Of a stretch of 64,000 nucleotides of DNA, positions 49,058 to 61,292 are shown in pieces. This stretch comes from Vairimorpha necatrix (Eukaryota). Below the pieces are notes generated by a model. That model saw only the letters and a program-made list of their open reading frames with translations, did no database searches and was not told the DNA's origin. The position numbers and the translations under genes are program-made. The stretch lies in contig CP142737.1 of assembly GCA_036630325.1 (NCBI GenBank), positions 806,001 to 870,000 of the forward strand, given 5' to 3'. Position 1 is the first letter of the stretch. Every line of letters starts with the position of its first letter.

Positions 49058-51387
49058 TGTTGTAGACTGTATTTCTACAACATTTATTTTATTTCACTCC
49101 CTGTCAAATCTATCATTGAATTTTCTAGAATTTTATTTGCTATAAATAAAATTCTAGAAAGGAAGGGTACAGAAGGAAGATGGAGAGACAAACACAAGGA
49201 GTGTTTAGACATAGTAACAAGACAGCTATGAGAGAGTCCAAAGGGACGTTTAAAAATAAAAGGCAATATATTAATTCTATTTTAGAGTGGTACTTTATCA
49301 CCGGGAGAGCTTCCCCGGGATACCACAACTTGAATTCAAGAGCGAGTGTAGGAGTGCCAAGTGCGAGTACAAAATTACTTTTGAATGATAATAAAATTAA
49401 TCATGGTGAAGTAAACCAAAAGAAAATAAAATTAAGTTACACTATTCCAGGAACGGAATTTAAAATTGAAGAAGAACTGAATATTATAGAAGATATTCAA
49501 AAATTTGATATGTATGAATGGTTTAAAACATTTGAGAAGATTACCACAAGAAACAAGTGGAATTCGGAGCAATATGAGCTCATACTAAGGGATTTGATTT
49601 CGGACAAATCCTTAGACGATAAAATATTTAAAGGAGATTTAATGAAAATACAAGAAAAAATCTTTAGTTATGTATACAGCGTGAAGAAAGCTGAAGGATG
49701 GATTAAGAAACTTGCTAATGCAAAACAAGTTGATTTTGTAACCATCAAGGAATACTATGAGTACATTAATAAGTACGTTAAATATTATAGTCTTGCATAT
49801 AAGATAAGCAAGGACGAGTACAACAGAAAATTATGGGAGTACTTTAAGAACGGGTTAGGTGAAAACACTAGAAGAAAATTAATTGATAATATCAATGTTC
49901 ACAACCTTGAGGAATATATGAATAAATTGTTAACGATGGAAGAAGAAATACTTAATTTAAATAATCCGAGAAATGATTCAAGAAAGTTCGAAACATCTGA
50001 ACGAACACATAAGAACAATTCCTTTTCAATACAAAAGAAGTGGTGCAGATACCACAAGCACAACGGACATAATTCTGTTGATTGTTTCATGAATAAAGAA
50101 AAAGGAAATCAAAACCATAGGGATTTACCAAGAAGAAATGAAATGAATGTCATGGAAGAAGAAAAAGACAACATTAGAGAAATGGTTGTTAGAGCGAATA
50201 TTAAGGAAAGTAACGTGAACATTTTGTTAGACAGTGGAGCAAGCAGAAGCTTTATATCTGAAGGATTAGCTAAAAGATTAAATTTAAAGCTTAGAGAAAA
50301 CAAATCTATAAGAACGGTTATAGCCAATGGAGAAGTAATTACCACTAATATGTCAACCGAATTAGACTTTAAATTTGAAGGAGTAAACAAGAGTTACTCT
50401 ATTGAACCATATGTCTTTGATAGATGCATGTATGATGTGATTCTAGGCAGCGATTTCTTGTTTAACAACAATTGCATTTTAGATTATAAAAATAAGGTAG
50501 TTATTGTGAACGAGAAGATTGTCAAAATCATTGGGTATGAAGAGGTAGCGGAAAAAACATTGGACGAAATAATGATTGAAAGACTATGCGTAGTGGAAGA
50601 TGAAAAAATTGAAAATGAAGATCATAATAAAGTAAATAATTATACAGCCAAAACGAAAGATAGTAATGTGAAATTGGGTAGGAATAAACATAAGAAAGAA
50701 AGAAATACAGTATTTGGAAAACAAAATTGGGTTAAAAAGAATAAAAATAAGAAAGTAGTAACAGAATGTAAAACTGGTAAAATTATTAAAGATAAAACAA
50801 AAGATCAGGTTAACCCTGTAGTAAAATATCGAGATAAGATTTCAAAAATAAGATTTTATGATCCTTATAAAGGTAAGGTAATTTTTAATGCATCAGATCG
50901 GCCAAGAAAGAAAAAGACCAAGATAAAAATGTGTAAGCAGAAAAATAAGGTCGAAGTTCTATTCTATGCGAGGAACTTCTCGACAAACAAACTTAATAAA
51001 AAATTTATAAGTCCATACAGGGCGAATCTAAAGGAAAAAACTAAATTAAGGTATAAAGTATATAAATTATCAGGATGGTTTCACAGGAAACAGTTAAAGC
51101 TTTGAGAGGGGGCAGGATGTTGTAGACTGTATTTCTACAACATTTATTTTATTTCACTCCCTGTCAAATCTATCATTGAATTTTCTAGAATTTTATTTGC
51201 TATAAATAAAATTCTAGAAAGGAAGGGTACAGAAGGAAGATGGAGAGACAAACACAAGGAGTGTTTAGACATAGTAACAAGACAGCTATGAGAGAGTCCA
51301 AAGGGACGTTTAAAAATAAAAGGCAATATATTAATTCTATTTTAGAGTGGTACTTTATCACCGGGAGAGCTTCCCCGGGATACCACA
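49058..51387 (+). mobile_element. Young non-autonomous LTR retrotransposon (Gag-protease only)
   Basis: 270-bp LTRs at 49058-49327 and 51118-51387 with no difference seen by eye. TG...CA ends, 5-bp TSD GAATA, PPT gagagggggcagga. Confidence 0.96.
49180..51105 (+). CDS. Gag, aspartic protease and integrase C-terminal tail polyprotein (641 aa; start uncertain)
   Basis: Knuckle CRYHKHNGHNSVDC, protease LLDSGASRSFI and DVILGSDFL, GPY/F-like tail NKLNKKFISPY...WFHRKQLK. No YxDD, RNase H or DDE core. Confidence 0.9.
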   Translation: MERQTQGVFRHSNKTAMRESKGTFKNKRQYINSILEWYFITGRASPGYHNLNSRASVGVPSASTKLLLNDNKINHGEVNQKKIKLSYTIPGTEFKIEEELNIIEDIQKFDMYEWFKTFEKITTRNKWNSEQYELILRDLISDKSLDDKIFKGDLMKIQEKIFSYVYSVKKAEGWIKKLANAKQVDFVTIKEYYEYINKYVKYYSLAYKISKDEYNRKLWEYFKNGLGENTRRKLIDNINVHNLEEYMNKLLTMEEEILNLNNPRNDSRKFETSERTHKNNSFSIQKKWCRYHKHNGHNSVDCFMNKEKGNQNHRDLPRRNEMNVMEEEKDNIREMVVRANIKESNVNILLDSGASRSFISEGLAKRLNLKLRENKSIRTVIANGEVITTNMSTELDFKFEGVNKSYSIEPYVFDRCMYDVILGSDFLFNNNCILDYKNKVVIVNEKIVKIIGYEEVAEKTLDEIMIERLCVVEDEKIENEDHNKVNNYTAKTKDSNVKLGRNKHKKERNTVFGKQNWVKKNKNKKVVTECKTGKIIKDKTKDQVNPVVKYRDKISKIRFYDPYKGKVIFNASDRPRKKKTKIKMCKQKNKVEVLFYARNFSTNKLNKKFISPYRANLKEKTKLRYKVYKLSGWFHRKQLKL

Positions 51388-51677
51388 GAATAAAAAAGGA
51401 TTTATATTTTTATATACTTATCGTGGGGAAAAATTCAAAGATGCAAAACAGCAGAAGGAATTGAGTTTTACTTTACGAATAAATGATGCTTATCTTATGA
51501 AAACTTGTCGAAAAATTTTTAAATGATTTTTCTGGCATAAATCTACCTTACTGGCATTTAAAAATGATAAGAAAATAATAAAAAGACAAAAAAATTATTA
51601 AACAATTGATCTAGAATTTTTTTTACAAATGTAGAAAAAAAAGATGAATAATATTATAATATGAAACTAATTATTTT

Positions 51678-52847
51678 TTAATTTTCTCGACCTAGATATT
51701 TTCCTACGACGATAGGCAAATTACTATTTACTTTTACGTCGTGTCTTATTATATAAAAGAAAAAAGGCCTATTAATTATAATTGGTTGAGCATCCAGATA
51801 AGAACAATTCTCAATGTTTTGATTGACATAAGTACTATTTGTAGTTCCATATTCATTAACTTTGATAAAAACTTTCTGTTTTATAATTGTTTTTGTAATA
51901 TCAACCTCTTCTATTACTGTTACGTCATTCATAATGTCGTTGCGTCCTAAATAAGGGAGATAATCGCTAAAATTTAGTTCATTTTCATATTCAAATTTTG
52001 GAAATGTCAATTTTGCTTCTTTTAATGTCATTAATGATAAAAAAAATCCAATCTATCTGAGCTAGAAATATTCTTTGCTACATCATTCCAATATTTAGCA
52101 TCTTTAGGCATAATAGCTATGAAACTATAATCTTCATTACTATAGGGGATTTTTATAACAATCTTTTCGTCATCTTCATATGTGTTATATTCACCTGTAT
52201 TAGTAAACATATCATGATTTGTTTTTTTGGGTAAAGGTTGTAAAATCCTCTTTACAATTTTCGTATTTATAAAGCCATTCAAAATCTAAATGTAAAACAT
52301 TCAGTAATAAAACCGAAATATCGGAAGAAAGAGATTGTATCGCCTTTTTTATAGTATTATCCGTATTTAAAGCCACTAATTTATTGAACTTCTCTAGTGC
52401 TTCTTCTGTATTATTGGGATCAAATGGTATTATTGTTGCATTGTATACACGATTTGTTATAGACTTAAATATATTTGTTACTTCAAAGTTTTCGTCATAA
52501 AGTAAAAAATTTTTCACTAACAATTACCGTGCATGCTAAATTCCTTTCTTTCATTAGATGATTCGGCAGTTCTTTCATTTTCTACACATTTCTTTTTTGT
52601 TGAAATTAGCAAAGAATAATACTTTTTTGATTCAAGATTAAAATGGAATACGTCTTCATGAAACCCCATTTTATGAAGCCAAACATTCTTCATATTTTCG
52701 TTTGTACCGTTGGCAACAATGCCCATTGCTTGAGAGAATGAATATGGAGATATGGCTTGATTGGTTGCTAATTTTTTATCTTGTGATATCATGATATCAA
52801 AAAACCTAAAAGTTAATTTCGTAAATTCTAGCAAAAAGATTTCTCAT
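51678..52847 (-). pseudogene. Serpin paralog 2, broken by about 4 single-base frameshifts
   Basis: Four ORF pieces are collinear with paralog 1 (NQAISPYSFSQAMG, LLLNVLHL, FPKFEYE, IKVNEYGT, NRPFFFYI). CCC-ATG at 52847. Confidence 0.88.
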
Positions 52848-53100
52848 GGGTATAATTTTTTTTGTGAGAAAAAATAATAAGCTAAAAAACTGTGTTTTAT
52901 AAAGACACACATAAAAATAGTAGGAATCCGTGTAATTATTTTTTTTTATTTTGACATGCGTAATGAAAGGAAGTTATGTTTCAGATTACACGTCAAAATA
53001 TTTAATATTTTTAGTAATAAAATGTTCTGTTTTTATTTTTAAAAATTGAAAAACATATGATTAGTGTCATATTTGAAATTAGTTTGGGGCGTGAAGGTTT

Positions 53101-53981
53101 AAACTACTTCCCCCTTAAAAAAAGTGTTCACTCTATTTTTTCGACACCAAAAATGAAGTGCAAAAAAAGGAGGAGCAAGCACTAGCGCACAAATTACTGC
53201 CATCTTTAAGTATTAAAAAAGCAATAAATATTTTTGCATATTAAATCTAATTTGAATGACCCGAACCTTATTAAACTATATATTCAAATAAATTCGCTTA
53301 TTCGTTATTTTGGGGGATTCTACTAAATATTGTTAAGATTGAAGACTTTTTTATAATTAATATATGTCAGGGGACAAGCCCAGATGCATACTGAGATTTG
53401 CCCTGCCAAAGGAATGACGTGTTTTTTTACGGGCTTTTGATGTGACCAATAATATGGTTGAGATGGCGAAAAATACGTCAACCCCCAATTATGTTATAAA
53501 GGCCTAAAACTACCAGGTTTGGGCAAATAAATTTTTGTTGCAAAACATGCCAAAACTATCATGCTCAATTATTTATCCAAAAGCCCCCGAGGGGATGAAA
53601 CTGAAAAGAAATTGAGATAAAAAACTCTGCAATATCAAGTTCTAATAAAAAATTTACTTATAAGAATCATTCAAGGCAGTCAGGCAGAATCCAGCCTCAC
53701 AATATATCTGACTAGTATTCCTTTTTAAAAACTTGTTGATTCTAGAAGAAGATTGATGGAATTATACTATTCTATCAAAAACTGCATGTTAAAATGAAAA
53801 AATTTACTATATTTATCAAAACATAATCATTAAATCATAGTTATAACATAAAAAAAAAAAATATTTTTTGTATATAAAACTATGTTAATTCGCTATTTTT
53901 CTTTCCTTTGCTCCTCGTTTTTTTGCACTTCTTTTTTGGTGTCAAAAAAATAAATTAAACACCCACTGGGGGGAGTAGTTT
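53101..53981. mobile_element. Non-autonomous TIR element (MITE-like)
   Basis: ~80-bp imperfect TIRs (aaactacttccccc..gacaccaaaaatgaagtgcaaaaaaaggaggagcaa vs ttgctcctcgtttttttgcacttc..ggtgtc..gggggagtagttt). An internal RC..CPAKG fragment may be a FLYWCH remnant. Confidence 0.75.
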
Positions 53982-55910
53982 GGTAGTTCCCTTTAAATTT
54001 CTAAAACACAGACCTTTCTAGATTTAATGTAAATATTTTATCATATTTAGCGACAATAAAACATTTTTGATTACAAACCATTGAAATTATAAATTAGGCA
54101 ATCTACACAAAAACCAATTAGATTGTACAGAAGATTTGTAATAGTTAATGTAAGATTCCAATATTTTATTTTTTCAAATTATTTGCAATATTGTTTAATT
54201 TATAGGACTTAAAAATAGAGTCATTTGAGTCAAATGCGAACAATATCATATTAGTCTGTTTTTAAAATTATATATGCTTATTTTACTATCAACAAATAAA
54301 TACAGACATTGGACATTGCAATTAAATATTTTTGATCCCAAGATAGATAATATATATGATAGCGCTATAATTACTGCATTAATTAAGTAGATCAAAGCGA
54401 TTTTAGTATTATATATAAAAATCGAATTCATCTAGTAGTGAATAGATTGTATTCTGAGGTTTATTTTTTACTAAAAAATAGTCAAACAAAAAATATTTTA
54501 TTAATGAAATAGACTTAGTACTATACTTTTATTTTAGTACTAGTCAGGGCCAATAGCTAAAGATCATATACTGCGCGCTGATTCCCATCGTTTGCTTGTC
54601 TAGTAAGTTGATATAAATTGTATTTGAAAGAGTCTTTATTTCCCCTCAAGCCTCAATATAATTTTTTTTTAATCTACTGTTCTTGAGCGCAAATATGTCG
54701 AATGGAAATAAAAACAAAGATAATTAACGTATAATCAAAAATGAAAAACAAAGTATTTCATGTGTAAATGATTTAAGGGATTAAATCTTGATTTTTTTGA
54801 CAATGAAGATGGTTGTTTGTCGTTTGTCTCGAAGTATTAGGATAGATTTTACCCAATTAAATTTTTGTTAAAATATAAATAAAATGATATTAAAAGATTT
54901 CCGATCTAACTTTTGAAGGCAACAATAATTATGAAAGTTGCCGCGAAAAGAATATCTACCGTATCTAGTCTATAAATTCGTTTAATAATAATAAATTAAA
55001 GTACTTAAATATATTTTTTTAAATTATAGCCAACACATTTGTCCTATATTAATGGATTATTTTAATATTTTCTCTTTTATATTAATAAAATTAACTTTAA
55101 AAAGCTTACTATTATGAAAAATAATTATCAATTGTGTAAATTTTTTTTATGACTTTACCAATAACATCTAAAAACTTGATATGTGTTCTTTTCCCAAAAC
55201 GATTTTTCATAAATTGAAATATATAATGAAAATCTTTCTACAAAAGGATCAAAAAATTCTTGAAATTTTACATTTATAAATATCATTAAGGATCGAGTGT
55301 AAATTTATATAAATATATTTACTATACTAAATAAATTAGAGAAAAAATAAATCAAAAAATCAAAATGAAAATTTTGTCACATAATATATAGCATCTATAT
55401 GTATTTTTATTTAACTCTTTTAATAAAAAAAAAATCAACAAAAAAGCGCCGTAGAATGTGTTTTATTAGGAGACGCAATTATGAGAAGCTAACTCTAGAT
55501 AAATATAGTTAGATTGAATTAAAAGTTTGTTTATTATTGTTCTAGGCTGTTTGACATCTCTGTCGGGGATCTGGTCCCTGGTTTTGTAGCACTTCGTTAG
55601 TCTTAAGTTCCAAAAAGATTGATTATCATATTTGTTTCTCATGACTTCGTTGAGGTTGGAGCTAAAACGACTAACTAGTTAATTTTTGCGGCGGAACGGC
55701 CGGATGATCTATTACAAAAAAGTGAAAATTTGCTTCAATAAAAAAAGTACTTTGCGGTATTTATAATATCACATTAAGCAAAGCTAAATATGGGATTAAT
55801 GTTAAAATTTACTATTAGCATGAAAAGTAAAACAGTTAAAATTTATTTTTTTTTGTTGGCATTATATAAAATTATAAAATTAGACAATATTTCAATTATA
55901 TTTATATTTA

Positions 55911-57017
55911 TTACGATGGTGTCAGATATTGTCCCATAAAAATCGGTATGTTACACTTATTTTCAACATCTTTTTTCACAATGAACCATAGAAAAGGCTG
56001 ATTGAATGAAAGATTAATACCCGACTTGTTCAATAAATTCGAAGCGTTTACATTAGGGATTTTATTGGCGATGTTTCCATTCATATTCATATCAATAATC
56101 ATTTCATGCAGAATATACCAGGAAATACTAGATGACCCCGTTATTATATTATCTAATTTTAAGTTATTTACTAAGCAAATCAACCCTAAGCTTTTGATAT
56201 AATCTTGATAATCATAAGCATGAAAATCTTTGAATTTGGGGAAACATAAATTTACATTTTTACATGTCATTTTACCCAATAAATCATCTAATTTTTGAGA
56301 AGAGAAAATGTTTTTAAGCGCCGTTTCCCAATAAACTAAATCCTTTGGCATCACAGCCACAAAACTTAAATCAGAATTCAGGTAAGGCATTTCTATAGAA
56401 ATAATTTCCGAATCTTCATATGTATCGAATTCAGATGTTTGATACATCATCTCTTGTTTAACTGGACCTTTAAAAGTAGTAAAGTCCTCGATTCCGGATT
56501 TGTTAAATTTGTGAACCCATTCAATGTCCAAATGCATTATATTCAATACCAATAAATTAGTGCCTCTGGGAAATATATTATAAGTCTCATTTTTATAACC
56601 ATTTGTAACATCAGCAACTAATTTATTAATCTCCTGCTTTATATTTTTGGGATCAAAGGCGATGAATTTTACATTATAAAATTCCTTGGTAACCTTTACA
56701 AATTTTTTTTTGATTTCTGCATCATTTTGATAAAGTAAAAAGTTTTCAACTTTTAAATTTTCTGTGCAATTCGAGATTAATATTTTAAAATACTTATTTG
56801 ATTTCTCGTTAAACTCTTCAATGTTGTATTTAAATCCCAATTTTTCTATGATTTCGGTTTGTATATCTTTATTTACACCATTCAGAAGAATACTTACTGC
56901 TTGAGAAAATGAATAGGGAGATACAACACTATTCCAAAAGAAATCTCTATCTTCTGATACCATATAATTAAATAACTTAAATGAAAATTTTACAAATTCT
57001 TCAATAAACATTTTCAT
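55911..57017 (-). CDS. Serpin, paralog 3 (368 aa)
   Basis: VVSPYS, LLVLNIMHLDIEW, FPKF, FNQPFLWFI, IFMGQY..P; CCCC-ATG. Confidence 0.92.
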   Translation of the reverse strand: MKMFIEEFVKFSFKLFNYMVSEDRDFFWNSVVSPYSFSQAVSILLNGVNKDIQTEIIEKLGFKYNIEEFNEKSNKYFKILISNCTENLKVENFLLYQNDAEIKKKFVKVTKEFYNVKFIAFDPKNIKQEINKLVADVTNGYKNETYNIFPRGTNLLVLNIMHLDIEWVHKFNKSGIEDFTTFKGPVKQEMMYQTSEFDTYEDSEIISIEMPYLNSDLSFVAVMPKDLVYWETALKNIFSSQKLDDLLGKMTCKNVNLCFPKFKDFHAYDYQDYIKSLGLICLVNNLKLDNIITGSSSISWYILHEMIIDMNMNGNIANKIPNVNASNLLNKSGINLSFNQPFLWFIVKKDVENKCNIPIFMGQYLTPS

Positions 57018-58522
57018 GGGGATAAAAATAATTGTTTATTTATAAGAAATTAAATTAATTTATATTGATATTTAATTAATCCTTTAAAAAATATAATATT
57101 TTTCGATATACTAATTATAACTGACGCCTTATCCTCCCTTCCTTCATAAAACAAAAAGAATTTAAAAAATAATACTGAGTCTTTATTGTCTAATTAAACG
57201 CGGATTATATCATAATTGTAAACAATGACGCCATGTAAATTATCTGTAATACAATAATACAGGATAATTACATAATACTTACGTATATCGATACAATTAG
57301 ATTAAAATTATAATTCTGCAACATTATTAAATTTGATTCAATTTTGTGATAATAAATATTACAATGCAAACTCAATTACATTAAACGGATATAGACTAGA
57401 AAATATAATTTACAACATTTTGTAAATGACAAGAAATGACCGTTCTATCATATAGCTAGCTTAAAATAAAATTTATTTTATAGACCAGTGGGTTAAAAAT
57501 ATAAGCAGGGCAGAGTTATAGATAAAATATAAATCTTTTTGACGTAATTAAATGTTTATGATAACGCAATTTAATATTTTTAATAAACCTCAAACAATGA
57601 TCAAAAAAACAATATCGATACAAGTTATTTCTAATTAATAAAACATACTTCCAAAAACATAACATGTTTGATGGTTTTAATATCTATCGGCCAATCACAT
57701 TAAGATATTTTCAATGTTGCAACTAAAAAAGCATATACTATTTTGGAAAAAAATTTATTTTAATGACACTACAATGCCATACAACTTTAAAAACGTGGGG
57801 ATTTTGTGGATTTATAAGAATGTTTTCTTTATATCAGAGGCGTAAATCTTAGCTGAGAAGTTATAAAAATACTTTATTTTATATTTGTATTGTCAAAGGA
57901 GCTATCTCTTTATCGTTATTTTATGCGCGTCAACAAAACACTATTGTTTGTCACAAGTTGAACTTAGGCATGCCAACTTTAGATTTGCTTTTAAAAATGT
58001 CTTCTGCGTAAAGAATTCGTGAAGATATCGAAAAATGTTCGAAAATAAAAGTATAGCGCTTTTGTTTATTTCGATTTTCTTTATATTGTTTTACCATTAA
58101 TTATGACATCTACCTCACAATGAATAATATTCAGTATGTATTATAATCTATTAGCATATTATTTATTGTTTGGGCGAGCAAGTTTTTACACTAAAAATAG
58201 AATCTCTTGGGATATTCGACATTGTATTGCGTATTTTTTTGAACAAAAAAGAGGTTCTTATGTAAAAAAATCTATATATTGGTCGCATAAATATAATTTT
58301 TTTTTGGAAATATACAATTATAAAATTAATTACAGAAATATGTCACTGTTTTTTTCGATATAAATTATCGACAAAAATTTATTACGTAATAAAAACAATA
58401 AACAAACAAAACTCAAAATACAAATATAGTTAAATAAGATAAAGAGTATATAACGATTTTCTGTCAGAATTATATTTTATTAATTATTTTAGCTATAAAA
58501 AAAATTATTTTTTTATCCCACC

Positions 58523-59134
58523 ATGAATTTTTTATTATTAGTAAATTTTATTTTTATAATTAGGACCTATTGTGTGTCGGAATCGGAGTTCGTGTTCAAA
58601 ATAACATCTTTAATGGATTTAAAAAAACATGAACAACAGAAAATATTAAAAAACATATACCTTTGTTTCGATAAACAAGTTGATGAAAAGACTCTTTTAT
58701 TTGTTGCCGCTGGATTACATAACACTTCTAATTTTACTGTGTTCTCTTTGCGCTGTGACTGTGACGAGTATCATAGCAGAGGATTATTGCAAATATGTTT
58801 CAAGGATAACTATCAAAGACTTACTGATTTATCACGTAAAATTAATTATGTTAAAAATCCAGAAATGCTTAACTCTACTGATAAAAATGTGATTCGTGAT
58901 TGTGTAAGATTCTTTGAATGCAAATTGTCTGGTTGTTATACCTTTGAAAAATACGTAGGGGCAATGGGACTAGGTGATTATGACAGGATAAGGTGTAGAC
59001 GTGACATCGCAAACTTTGAAAATATTTACATCAAGCTATGCAATGCTTTTTCAATAAATTTGTATAATTGTTTTTGTTTTCCAATTAATATTTTTTTTAA
59101 CACTAATGCCTACATTGTAAAACATAAGAAATAA
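58523..59134 (+). CDS. Secreted GH19 chitinase/lysozyme-fold-like protein, paralog 1 (203 aa)
   Basis: CCCACC-ATG and a signal-like N-terminus. YHSRGLLQICFKDNY...YVKNPEML resembles the GH19 YxGRGxxQLTxxxNY signature. Confidence 0.78.
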   Translation: MNFLLLVNFIFIIRTYCVSESEFVFKITSLMDLKKHEQQKILKNIYLCFDKQVDEKTLLFVAAGLHNTSNFTVFSLRCDCDEYHSRGLLQICFKDNYQRLTDLSRKINYVKNPEMLNSTDKNVIRDCVRFFECKLSGCYTFEKYVGAMGLGDYDRIRCRRDIANFENIYIKLCNAFSINLYNCFCFPINIFFNTNAYIVKHKK

Positions 59135-61261
59135 AATCTTAATAGCAACATAAAATGATTATATTTGTATATGAGAGATTATTTTATCGTCTTTGAATAA
59201 ACAAAGTAGAATTTTACTTATTTTATGTGAAAAAATTGATTCTATAATATTACAATACTTCCCATAAAAATGATTTTTTTGTTATGTGTCTATTAAAATT
59301 TTATATATTTTCGTATATGTTAATATATTTTATATTTTTAGATTGCCTTGCATTGCACAATTTAAAAATGTATTATTATTATATGAAAGCTTATAAAGTA
59401 TTTTTTGATAAAATACTGCTTTAATTCGTTTTAGCTGTACGTTGTAAGTGGCTATTTATAATTAATTCTTGCATATCATACTGCTAAACTATAAAATGCT
59501 AATATTTTTTTTTGAATTTTCCAGTTTTTTGCGAGTAATTTAAAAAAAAAACATTGAATAAATATCGTTATACTCGTGAATGTAATTTTTCGCAAGGCCG
59601 GAAGTGTAAGTTTACTATTCGATAGAATTATATCTGTTAAACTTTGTAGGCATCAACCTCTGCCGTATTTATTAGACCTTTTAGCAAGAGATTCTTACGT
59701 CTTGTATATATTTATATATATGTCTTATTTTGTATTATTACAGTAGAACTTGTATTATTTGGATAAAATACAGGGAAAGATATATTTGTATTTGCATACG
59801 ATAATCCTAGTTCGTTTGGATCTTTTAGCCCATTTTATATTTGTTTACCACAATTTGCGGCCTGCTTATTTCAAAATTATGTCAGATAGAAAATTCAACA
59901 GCCTCTCTCGTTTAATTCTGTTAGTTTTCTGTGTTATGTGGAAAATACAAACGATAATATGCCAGCTAACAGTTTTTTATAATCAATCTAGTGCTCTATA
60001 CATCTAAAGCAGCTTATCCTACATTGTATTTTTTACATGATGCATTCCAAGATAGATGTAAATTTTTTCATTGGGCAACAAAAGTTTTATGATTCATCTT
60101 AATAATTTCCTTGGACGATCCCATGGTTCTAGAAGAACCAACACATTAAGATAATTATAAATCAAATTTATACGTTAAATTTGTATCTGTTAATCTACAT
60201 CAACCAACTCTTTCGGTTACTAAGCAACAAACTTCTTCCTTTTTGTGTGATATTTTACATTTTATCTTTGAGATCTTTCATTAATACAACAAGATAAGAA
60301 AATTCTTTTCGTTCTTTTAACTGTTAGAATAGCAATCCTATATATAGTATTTCCGAGTAATAAATTTTTTAGGTAAAAAAAGATTATATTGTATATTATA
60401 TTAAACTTTATGCATTCGTTTATAAAAATCGTTAATTTAGGTTAAACATGGTCTATTTCTAACCATATCTTAAAGTTATAATTCTAAATCCTCAATATTT
60501 CATCAAAAATACGATGGTTTCAAGTAAAAAATAAAGAATCTTTGGCTTTTTTATAATAGCACAATAATTCTATAATTCAAAAATTAAGCATCATTTACAA
60601 TAGAAATACACAATAATTTGTATATATTTTTTTATTTTGTTTAAGGTATTTCTGCTAGATAGAAAAGTTTAATGAATTGCTTAACGTTACATCGTTCAAT
60701 GGAGGCATTTATTGTTTCTATATTTTGATTGTGTTGATCTCTAGATGCTATATATTTGCAGCAATCAAAGTAGAAATGATTCAGTATTAAAAAAATATTG
60801 TAAGTTATATCGGTTAAATCATCATACATTGTATTAAACAATCAATTAATTCTAATACATAACAAAACTGATGTAGGATCGTGATTTAACTTTAATCATC
60901 AATACCATTTTAATAATAAATGTACAACAACCTCGATATTTAATCTGTCTAAATATTACAACAAAGCATGTTTACTGTAAGTATTATGAAGTTTTTAGTT
61001 TTTTTCTCAGTTATATAATTTGTTTTAAGACTTATTACTAGTTATCTATAACATAATAAGTTTATGCCCTATTTTAAATTCTAAGCTTCAAGATATAGAA
61101 AATATTAAAAAAATTTAATTTATAAGTCTTAACGCTAAATTTTTGTTTAAAATAAATTAAAGATATAAATATGCCTTTAAAGTCTCTTACAAATCAATCA
61201 AACAATTGAAACAACTAAAAATAAAATTTAATATTTCTTTTTATGTAGGTTCTCGTTTTTC

Positions 61262-61292
61262 ACCCGTTTATCAACGGGTAGTGCACAAAAGT
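61262..61292 (+). mobile_element. Orphan Helitron-like 3' hairpin
   Basis: ACCCGTT-tatc-AACGGGT-agtgca closely matches the Helitron terminus at 43743-43766. The CTAG is not intact. Confidence 0.45.

Noticed and set aside
51240-51464. ORFs duplicated at 49084/51144 and 49180/51240
   Set aside because: They simply reflect the two LTR copies.
55545-55710. Locally GC-richer stretch downstream of serpin 3 as a possible ncRNA
   Set aside because: No convincing fold or recognisable snRNA/snoRNA motif; more likely TE debris.
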